Source: Paragordius varius
Lineage: Eukaryota; Animalia; Nematomorpha
DNA: 64,000 bases
Direction of reading: 5' to 3'
NCBI GenBank assembly: GCA_964247055.1
Contig: OZ176055.1
Coordinates: 434,001 to 498,000 of the forward strand
The notes under the pieces: model-generated
What the model was told of the DNA's origin: nothing
The model's database searches: none
What the model saw: only the letters and a program-made list of their open reading frames with translations
Part shown: positions 54,701 through 64,000 of the stretch, one piece after another
Layout of the letters: each line of letters opens with the position of its first letter
Numbering within the stretch: position 1 is the stretch's first letter
Translations under genes and position numbers: made by a program

Positions 54701-56642
54701 TGAATAATATTAGACCGACACCTAATTTATTTTTAGGGTGAATTTGCTTGTAAATGGTATATTATCATAAAAAAATGGTTAAAAAATCGGTTTAATTTAT
54801 ATATCATGAGAGATCTTTTAAACAGCGGTCAACTCAAATAAATGATTCGGCAATTCAAGAACAACTTTTCTAATATAAATATTAAAGAAAAATTAAATTA
54901 ACTTAAAAACGCCAAGGTTATTTGTCTATATCTAAAATAAAAACATCTTTTCGTATTAAACTTGTGTGAGAAAATTCAAATTTTAAAAAGTTCAAAACTA
55001 TGTAAACTACTTCAACGTACAATGTTGCAAAGGAAATGTGTATAACAGCTGATTAGTGTCATGATCAGCAGGGGAGTGTTTTGGGATGATGGCGGGAGAT
55101 TCCGAAGAACGAGGAATTATGCGCCCACTCGCTCCATTGTGAAGCATATGATTATGAGTATGCGTAGGATCTGAGGCTGAGGCTAGGAAATCAAAAGCAT
55201 TGAGCCCGGGTAAGCATTCATCGAAATCGGGTTCCTCGTGATTCGCATATGTTAGCACTAAAGGCAAGATGGTGCATTTATAACTCATAAAATTCTTTAA
55301 TAAAAAAAAAACTTTGGAAAAAGAATTAACACCAATAAACTAATAATTAATTTGAAAAAGACAACCATACTTTGTAAAACATAATTCATTGTTTTGGCAT
55401 TGCAAAAAAGGGGATATAGAGATGTCAATTTGTATCACTCATATAATTATATATTTTAAAATAAATTTATAAAGAAATTATCAAAATTTTATACAAAGAT
55501 TGGTCTTTAAAAAATATTTGTCTCTTAATTTTCACATTTTGTCCGTATATTTAAATTTTAATTCAACAAAAATATAAAAAGACATAATAAAAAATTAAAA
55601 ATACGTTATTAATAAAATTATAATATGATATAATGGAAAAAACGGCAATCAAAACAATCTTTTACTTGATATATTTAAATCATATATATACCTCAATATG
55701 TTTTGCAAATTTTTTTTCATTTAGGATTGGAAAAAAAACAATCAAGAAAATTTTACCATAATAATCTTGCACGGGTTTGGTGGATTCTTCGTCTAATTTT
55801 ATATTGGGGAAAAAGAAATTCATATATAAATATATTTTAAACAACATGTAAGTTAAAGCTAAACTGTTTAATAATTCCCATATATTTTAAAAAGTTGTAA
55901 AAGATAATTAAACTAAAAGCAATTGGATATGTTAGTTTTATTATTTAAAGTTTTAATTTGGGCTAAATATATTGAAATTTATAAAAAATTCTATTCGTTA
56001 ATAATTGTTGTTCTATATAAAAAATTTACGGTATTTTAAATATAAAATTTAAAAAAAATATTTTGGTAATCGCTAAGAGCCATGTTAGAGGTCAAACAGA
56101 TTAAAAACTATATTGAAATTTTGATTTTTTTAAAAAAAACTATATGAAAGTGAATACAATTTATATTTAAAACCTATTATACCTTTTTCAGCCTCAATGT
56201 CAATTTGAACTTCCTTGTTATACACAACCTTTTCCACAGGGAGTATGTTTGTTTGAGAAATGTTTGATAAGGTTAATCGATTTAGAATGACAGATCTAAA
56301 AACATATTATTAATAATAAACCGATTCTCAACTCTTTGGTCAATATTATCTTTTTCTGACAAATGCTCATCACCCTTGTCTAACAACCCATTTTCAATTT
56401 GATAATATTCTAGAATTTAAACAAATATTTGTTACTTGGTGCAGTTATACCCAATTCTTTTAACAGTTCATCGGGTTCAACATCGTTTGAATGCATAATG
56501 ATAACCTAAGTAATTATTTTTACATTTATCCTACATTTTCTTGGAAGCGTTTTTCATCTTCTCTCCTCTTTTTTTCCTCACGTATCTTAGCTAATTTAGC
56601 TTTTTTGATTTCAAGCTCTTCTTTGCGACTCGCCGATGACAT
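40682..56642 (-). CDS. DYNC1I: Cytoplasmic dynein 1 intermediate chain, 17 exons (56535-56642, 56436-56505, 56322-56409, 56183-56295, 55021-55257, 53577-53733, 51629-51728, 50554-50832, 49529-49678, 47035-47173, 45033-45245, 44192-44354, 43345-43486, 42387-42594, 41894-42075, 41042-41164, 40682-40735), ~841 aa
   Basis: N-terminal coil [23 protein letters not shown]; light-chain region [20 protein letters not shown]; WD40 motifs [91 protein letters not shown]. All phases are compatible (2526 nt). The last exon is the least certain. Confidence 0.93.
42644..43124. mobile_element. Foldback family 2 copy (degenerate) in a dynein intron
   Basis: Inverted TTCAAG/CTTGAA units and a right end TGAAGTGCAAACGGTA followed by (TA)n. 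Confidence 0.55.
44381..44614. mobile_element. ~200-bp palindromic MITE, family 2 (TA|CAGTATGC...GCATACTG|TA)
   Basis: Inverted repeat core GCAACACTACAGTAGTGTATGGAAAAA. Other copies at 46373-46540, 49800-49988 and 52648-52843. Confidence 0.7.
45263..45609. mobile_element. Foldback family 1 copy
   Basis: Inverted 21-bp arrays, shared spacer and AAATGGTA end. Confidence 0.75.
45672..45961. mobile_element. 290-bp Tc1/mariner-type MITE, complete copy
   Basis: TA|CAGTAAAAATTG...TTTTTACTG|TA, with TA on both sides. Confidence 0.85.
47190..48790. repeat. Tandem array of ~100-bp units derived from the end of the 290-bp MITE
   Basis: About 15 head-to-tail units of TACAGTAAAAATTT..TATACGGACAAAACGTAAAAATTAAAGGAATACATCCATACTAACTATATATCTCGATATTTT. 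Confidence 0.85.
51733..51784. repeat. (TA)26 microsatellite
   Basis: Read directly from the sequence; it abuts the dynein exon 7 acceptor. Confidence 0.95.
51789..52627. mobile_element. Foldback family 1 copy with expanded left arm
   Basis: TACCATTT terminus, a long 21-bp array (~51790-52350), the shared spacer and a short inverted right arm. Confidence 0.8.
53060..53540. repeat. Three tandem ~170-bp units
   Basis: Repeated AACCCGC..TAAATTACAAAAC..GATTTTCAGGGTGAATATGAAATGTTTAAGGG..AAAGGTTAATCAAT. Confidence 0.7.
53752..54759. mobile_element. Foldback family 1 copy with ~800-bp 21-bp array
   Basis: AACAATTCAAATTCACCCTT array at 53755-54560, spacer in reverse orientation, AAATGGTA end. Confidence 0.8.
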
Positions 56643-56859
56643 GTGTTAAACCAACTCTCAAACAGCTCGTTCAGATGACAATATATGGAAATAAAATAAC
56701 ATTTTATTTTTACAATCCTTTATCTTTAGGCTAGTTTTCTAACCTAAGACATGTTTAAATTCGAATTCAATATCATTTATCATAGCTGTTTTTTTAAAAT
56801 TCATTATGTAGGTAAATCCGATAAAATATTTTCATTATAATTGGAAATTAAATAATAAT

Positions 56860-58720
56860 AATTACATTATATGTATTATCGAGCGGTCATATCCGTAACT
56901 ATTTCCTTATAGAACCCTCTCTATGGCGTCTTCGCTTTTTAAGCTTAGTTTTGCCATGTCTCTCTTAACTGTATCTATCCATCGCGTTTTAGGGCGTCTC
57001 ATTCCCCTTCACAATTAATCATCAATCTTTTTACCTAACCATCTTAAACGATTTACCATCATCTTTTGCGTTACCGGTTTGATTTCGGTACTTCCTCTTA
57101 TGTAGACATTCCTCACCTTGTCATTCCTCGTTACACCGCACATCAATCTAAGCAATCTCATTTCAGTAACCTCAAAGTGCCTCTCTTCTGATTTCTTTAT
57201 TGCCCCTGTCTGTGAGTTGTACATCATTGTTGGTTATATAACAGCACTGTAAGTCTTACCCTTTACTTTTAGGTCAATATTTTTATCGGACAAAACATTT
57301 GAGATTTTTTTATAATTTGCGCAACTATTTAGAATTTTTATTTATATCATGCGTTAAAAAACCACTGCTGCTAAAACCTAAATATATCCTCCTGACCTTT
57401 TAATACCCACCCTTCTTCGAATTCCATTTCTCGTTTTCCCACCGAAATTTATAAGTTCTGTTTTCTTATTAACTTTTATACCGCATCGTCGTAACTTATC
57501 AATCCATTTACCCACCCATATTAATTTATGCAAATCATCTGACAGCACTATTAGGTCGTCTGCATTAAAAAATACCAGCCACCACATGAATATAAATAGT
57601 AATGGACTGATTGCTGACCCTTGATAGACGCCTTGGTTTATTTCAATAAATTCTGACACTCCCTGATGTGTTTTAATTTTGTATGATGTGAATCGTACAT
57701 GCTATTAGAATCTTTATGTAACTTTCAGGAACGTTTTATCGTCTTAAACTCCACCAAATTATACTCCGTGGTATTCTGTCAAACGCCTTTTCAATATCGA
57801 TTAAAATACCATGCATCTCCTTTTTCATTTCTATATGCTTCTCGATTAGCCTTCTTACTGCGTGAATCGGATCAATGGTGGACTTTTCTGGAATAAAACC
57901 AAATTAATTACCCTCTTTAGTAACCATTTTTCTCATTCGTTTCTCTAGAACTTTCTCAAATAACTTCATTGAATGCGACATCAATCTTATCCCTCTATAA
58001 TTATTACAGTCATTATTATCTCCTTTACCCTTGAAAATGGGAACAGTGAAACTCTCTTTACATTCTGGTGGTATCCTACCTGTAGTAACTATATTATTAA
58101 AAAATATCCGTCAAAAATAATACCTTTTACTGACATTATTTCCAACAGTTTATGTTAAAATCGTCTGGACCTACAACCTTATTTAAAGACATCTCTTTTA
58201 AACCAGCCTGGACTTCTTCTTTTGTTATACTTTCAATAAGCGCAGATATATAATCTGGTGTTTCGGGTAAATTTGTTTGACTGGCGCCCAATTTAAGGTC
58301 CTGGAAATATTCTTTTCATCTCTTCAATATTTTCGCTTCCTCAACGAGCAATTTGCCGTTTTTATCTTTTATAGCAATCGTGTTAGGGGGCAAATCCAGC
58401 TTTTTTGTGTCTTTGTCGAGCAATTTTAAAAAGTTTATTTAGACCTGCTTACCGTTTAACTCCTCATATGATGCTGTCTTTCCTTTTTTGACCAATCTCA
58501 CAAGCCTTTTAAGTTTCTTATTAATCTTTTAATATTTTTCCTTGTCTTCTGCATGGTGGGTATATCTCAACATTTTAAAAGCTTTACTTTTTTCTCGTGA
58601 CTCTAGAATTATTTTTAGTCATTCAGCCATGCCGCTCTATAAACCTAATTTCTGCCACCTTTCATTTCACACACACCTTAACTCCCGCCTCTCTTTGGAA
58701 ATTAAACATCATTGCAAATA
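56860..58720 (-). mobile_element. Decayed RTE-clade LINE fragment immediately upstream of the dynein IC gene
   Basis: GVYQGSAISPLLF, FNADD, CGVTRNDKVRNVYIRGS, RLRWLG and GRPKTRWIDTVK motifs, with many frameshifts. Confidence 0.85.
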
Positions 58721-59819
58721 TTTTCCGCCAGTAATTTGGATATGATTAAATTAACATTAACCCCCCAGCCATCTTTGGAAAAAGGGACAATAAAATGATC
58801 CACATATGTGGATTATTTCGAAACATTATTAAATAGCTATGATCTCATAGGAATTTTAAAACGGTGCATTCATACTAATATATTGTTTACTTAGGAGGAA
58901 AAATAGATTTAAAAAATTATTTTTGTGAACTTTGTTTTAAAATAAATAACATTTTACGGGAGGAGCGGTAAAAAGAAGGCGTAAATAAAAATGCGAGCCG
59001 ACTATGTTCGGCGCAATCGAAAATAGTAACAAAAATTATATTTGAAATTGAATGTTCCAACACGTTCTCCGGAAAATTGTCTCAAAGACACGATTTTTGT
59101 GGACTTGTGTTTTCAAAATACCCCGTTTTCACACGGGGTGGGCCCGAACTGGGGGCCTATTTCAAAATAAGGGCGACGCTATTGTCGGGTCATTCATTAA
59201 TAATTATATTTTTTCGATATTTGGATTTCAATGGGTCTACCGGTTTTCCGGAAACATATTACAAAGCCATTACTTTCCATTTTTATAAATATATAGATTT
59301 TCTGATAGGAATATGCATCAGGATTCTCATAATGTTATTTTTATTGGGCCTTATGCACTGCGCCTCAAATGGGTGTAAAAATAACCTTATAATATATATT
59401 CTGATAGGAAAATTTAAAATTACCATGGTGGCATTCGCGATTAATTTAAAAAGTAATTTCGACTTTTGTAAGTGCTTTAAAAAATGGCAAAATTTTCAGC
59501 ATTTTTTTTAAATAAAATTTTTTTGGTGTAGGCTAGCGACTTCATCCAAAATTCACTAAAATATATGAAAAACTACATATAAAAAGCGAAACATATTCAA
59601 AAAATTAATTTTTAGATGTGGGCTCCATAAATCCAAAATGTATTTGCTCTTTAAAATTAGAAAATCCGTTTAAAATAAAGGCAAAAATGTCGGGATTGCG
59701 TGATAAAAAAATTATGTTATACATCAAATCAATGAAAATATTTTATAAATGCATATATTTTATAAATTTAATTTTTTATACAATTTTATTAACACTTCGA
59801 TTCGAATCGGGATATCTAA

Positions 59820-61872
59820 ATAGCCCAGACTAATAAATTAATATTACTAAAACAAAAAACAGTTCTAATTTAAGTTTGTGCTACTGTCCCTATAAATATT
59901 ATATAAAAACACAATTTATAAATAATATTTCGTTAAAAAAAATTTCTATGTTAAACTACTAGGACACCATTTTTATTTCAAAAAATTTTGCAAACTATCG
60001 TGTTTTTTTTATTCTAACGTTAAAATTTAAGGCTAATTTTTTATTTAAATTACTTCTAACATTAATAGAAATAGAAAAAGTAATTTATTTTATATAATTA
60101 TTAATTTATCCAAAGCACACACGTTACATTGACCAAATTTAAACCTTTGAGTTTTACATTAAAAAAAAATATTAAGTATTTTTGAATATATTTTTTTATA
60201 TATTTTGGTTTATCAAGGTAATAGTTGCAAAATTTTGCCATGGTTTCGATTCCTTCTATATTTTTTAAGTATTAAATTAACAGGCCTCGGGTATCCAACT
60301 ACCCCAATTTTAATCGCAGGACTAAAATGAATGTTTTGCATCCAAGTGTTAAGCGTATTTCATACCATTTTAGGCATGATGAAAACGCTATAACAACGCT
60401 CAAAACACTTTCCATATAATCTAAATGGTAAAATTTTTATTGAGTTAAAAAACATTTTAGAATTGTTATTAAAATTTTGTCTTCTTTGGGGTTTATTGCA
60501 AATTAAGTTCTTCATAATGAATTAATGAACGGGACGGGACGTATATTTATATGTTATACAAACAGCAGATTTTCTTTATAACAAAATGGATGCTTGCTTT
60601 AGGATAAGGTTAAACCGTAAAATATTATATTTATATCTAATATCCTACATATGAAGGTTTTTCTAACCAACCCATGTCAGCCTAATTAATAAAATAAAAA
60701 TCTTTAACACACGTTAATATATTAAAATTTGTAGAATATAGACTCTTTTTATTACAAATATCAAATAATCAGAAAATGTTTCGTAAGACTAAAAATAACA
60801 CGCGCAGATTATATCAAAGAAATATTTCCACCGCCTAACTTTTGAAACTATAAAATTTTTAAGCATAGCTAATACTAAGTAGATATACATATTAGGAAAA
60901 AGGGAAACTAGTGGATAATTTATTAAATGATAAAATTTTATTTATATTTGTTATTGATAAATGACGTAAAAATGCCCTTTAGTTATTTAGTTCAAATTAT
61001 AAACGAATAACAATTTATATATAAAATACCATAAAAATGATCAATATATTTTAAAAATAGCCGGTTTTCTGCTAATGTTAAGATTTAATAGCTTAGTTAA
61101 TGCTAAAAAACATATATCACTTTATCTTTGTAAAATATATTGTTTTAAAAGATGTGTTTTTTTTCATTTTAATTATACTAAATAAATTATTATTACGCGA
61201 ACACAAGTCATTTTTATCAATGATGTATAATCAAATAAAATATCAGAAAATCATAAACTATCTCGTATTTCAGTATTTTTTTGAATATCCATTTTATTTA
61301 ATACTTTAATTCAAATTGGGGTATAATAGCCCAGACTAAATTTAAATTAATATTTCTAAAATACTACTGAAGGAAACAGTCCCAATTTAAAGTTATGCTT
61401 TATGTTAAAATAAAAATTATATAAAAAAGCCAAAATAATTAAATAAAACGTTTTGAAAAAAAAAATCCCATGTCAAACTACTTGGACGGCATTTTTATTT
61501 TACAAAAATTTTGCAAAATATTGTGGTTATTTGATTCTAAAGTTAAAATTAAAGCTAATTTTATATTTAAAAAATTACATCTAACATTGAATAGAAAAAA
61601 AGGTTTGTTTTGTATTATTATTCAATTTAGCCAATGCCATATGTTACATTGACCAACCATTTACCTTTGGGTTTTACATTAAAAAAATATCAAGTATATT
61701 TGAAGACATTTTTTTATACATTTCGGTTTATCAATGTTATCTAGGTGCAAAATTTGCCATGGTTTCGATTCCCTCTCTATGTTTTAAAGTATTTAATTTT
61801 AAACTGGCCTGGGGTATCCAACTACCCCAATTTGAATCGAAGGACTGAAATGAATGTCTGTATCCAAGTGTT
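59820..61872. repeat. Diverged ~550-bp direct duplication (59820-60352 and 61328-61872)
   Basis: Shared TAGCCCAGACTAA start and GGGTATCCAACTACCCCAA...ATCCAAGTGTT end. Confidence 0.8.
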
Positions 61873-63334
61873 TAAAATATAGCGGCCCCATATATTTTTG
61901 GTAGCTATGATTTTCATAGTCATAAGCTGTGAAAATTTATTTTCGTTATATAATGTGCATACTATGTAATGCAAGATTTAAAATTAATAAAAAAACTGTA
62001 AGTGTTGCCTTAATAGGAATTTAATAAAGTTACCGTTTTCTTGACCAAAGCCACATAATGGTGGCTATTAACTATCTTGCTTATTCCACTTTTATTTTTC
62101 AACTTTTTATAAATCTGCTTTAAGTTAAACCTACCATTTATTCCGTTATTTGCAAAACTAGCAACCCTAGTACATCAAAACTGTTTAGAAAAATTTAGCT
62201 CATATAAATTCATTGGTTTCAGTATTTACTCTATAAAAATAAAAATACGGTAAATGGTCCCAAGACAGAGCCCCAAACTATGCTAAATACGTCTTCACAT
62301 AATCGTTAAAATCATTTTCCAGAAGCGTATAGGTTTATTATAATGAATGTCCAGGTATAGACGCTTAAATTATAATCTGGTTTTTTTTTAAAAAAACTAA
62401 CCACTAGATTTACTGTAAAACACAAAAATGATGGATTAGCAAGAAACATGTGTAATTATAAGATATCAATGATTCAATATGCCATTAATATATACACCTA
62501 TTATGATGAAGCCGATTCTAATTTAAACCATAACACATTGACAAATTAAGCCATTATTTTTTAGCTAGATTGTTGTTTAATAAGGCCATCAGTGAACATT
62601 AATTATAAATCCATTAAACGAATCAAAAACTCATTGGGTGATATCTATCATCATGTTTGGAGTAAAAAAATTTATTAGCTCCGTTTTTTATATACATTCT
62701 TTTTAATGCCTGTAATTTTAGTAACTGTTACACGTTTCGACTATGCCACAGTAATTTTCTATAAAGTCCGTCCAGTTAAAAAAACTAAAGGTACCATGAA
62801 TTTGATTTAAGTTCTGTCAAAAAATCTCATAACGTTTTAAGGTACACAACCGTTAACTTTTAATAATTTAGTTAGTGGCCATTTTTTATTTTTTTTTAAA
62901 TATTTGCTAAAAATATTCACAATTATATTATATCAATTGATTATATGTTTTAAACCTAAGATTATGTTTTTAGCGTCTTGATAAATTGTACTCTCCGATA
63001 AATAATTACATTAGCTCAGATAATTCAAAAATTTATTATAACCCAGACTGCCAAATTTTTATAATCGTAAACAAGCAAATAAGATATAAATTAAGTACAC
63101 GCATTAGATGATTAGATATTTGAGCGTTAAAGCTCACTCTGTAATCGATAAAATTGCTTAGCTGGTAAGGTCAAAAGATTAAAATACCATTTATATAAAC
63201 AACAGCTTTCATAGGCTTTTTTTACCGTTTAATCAATCATTATAATTTAAGCTTGTTGAACTCCAACGTATTCGACAGTTTTTTTCAACTAAATATTTAG
63301 CACTTTTTATTTATCAAAACAAACCATCATAAAT

Positions 63335-64000
63335 ATGAGAAAATTTGGTTTCTTCCTTATATTCCTAAGTTGTTTGGCATTATGCCTTAATGGAGATGCA
63401 GGACCTGATCCAGAAGCCAATGCGGAGGCCCACGCTGAAGCACAACCTGACCCTTCCCCAAGGCCCGAAGCTGGCCCTCAACGTATTTATATAAATTTTA
63501 TGCTTTTTATAAATTTTATGCTTTTTATAAATTTTATCCTTTTTTATAAATTTTTTTATAAAATTTAAAATACCATATTGCCTTAAACATTTAGTAGTCT
63601 AAAACATTTTCTTAAGTTTTTAAAGCTAAACATTGATAGATAAATTTATAACATTTATAATACAAGTAAAATTGAAATTATTTACAGACACAAAGTACAA
63701 ACAAAAGACAAATATTTTTTTTGAAAAGACAATCAATCATCAATTTCAAACCTTAATTTTTCCTTAATCAATCTAATGACATTGTTTAGTACAAAAGTGA
63801 TTATGATGTTACCAATACATTTTAATACATACAATTTCAAAAAAATATAATGCAGTGAAAACTGCATTATATAGGGGCCGTCTCTCAGGCTATATAGCGA
63901 ATATTTTTATATATATGAATAGATTCGTATGAACAGATTGAACCATCCGATTTAAGCCAAGTGTCGTGTTTAGAAAGTTGTACGAGTGAAGATCCCCAAC
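63335..64000 (+). CDS. Secreted prepropeptide with X-Ala/X-Pro dipeptide pro-region (exon 1 63335-63482; probable exon 2 from 63923, runs off the window)
   Basis: Signal peptide MRKFGFFLIFLSCLALCLNG, then DA-GP-DP-EA-NA-EA-HA-EA-QP-DP-SP-RP-EA-GP-Q. Donor C|gtattt at 63483. A phase-compatible acceptor at 63922 gives HSYEQIEPSDLSQVSCLESCTSEDPQ... Confidence 0.8.

Overview
Very AT-rich, intron-containing eukaryotic (animal-like, probably invertebrate) DNA. All calls are from manual reading, translation and splicing; no searches were run. Main content: (1) a 17-exon cytoplasmic dynein 1 intermediate chain gene (minus, 40682-56642, ~841 aa) that needs three ultra-short GT-AG introns of 29, 26 and 26 nt and carries large low-complexity insertions in its WD40 region; (2) a single-exon rhodopsin-class peptide GPCR (36964-38805); (3) a cluster of secreted two-FN3-domain genes: two intact 6-exon copies (3887-6091 minus, 23978-25978 plus), a pseudogene, an orphan exon 4-6 cassette and extra terminal exons; (4) two small secreted prepropeptide genes at the window ends, one with an RKKR site and one with 14 consecutive X-Ala/X-Pro dipeptides; (5) many mobile elements: two decayed RTE LINEs, a hAT element with an exact 8-bp TSD and an internal antisense transposase copy, hAT and Tc1/mariner-type MITEs, a MITE-derived tandem array, and three foldback families sharing TACCATTT termini and 21-bp arm repeats. 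No rRNA, tRNA or CRISPR was found.
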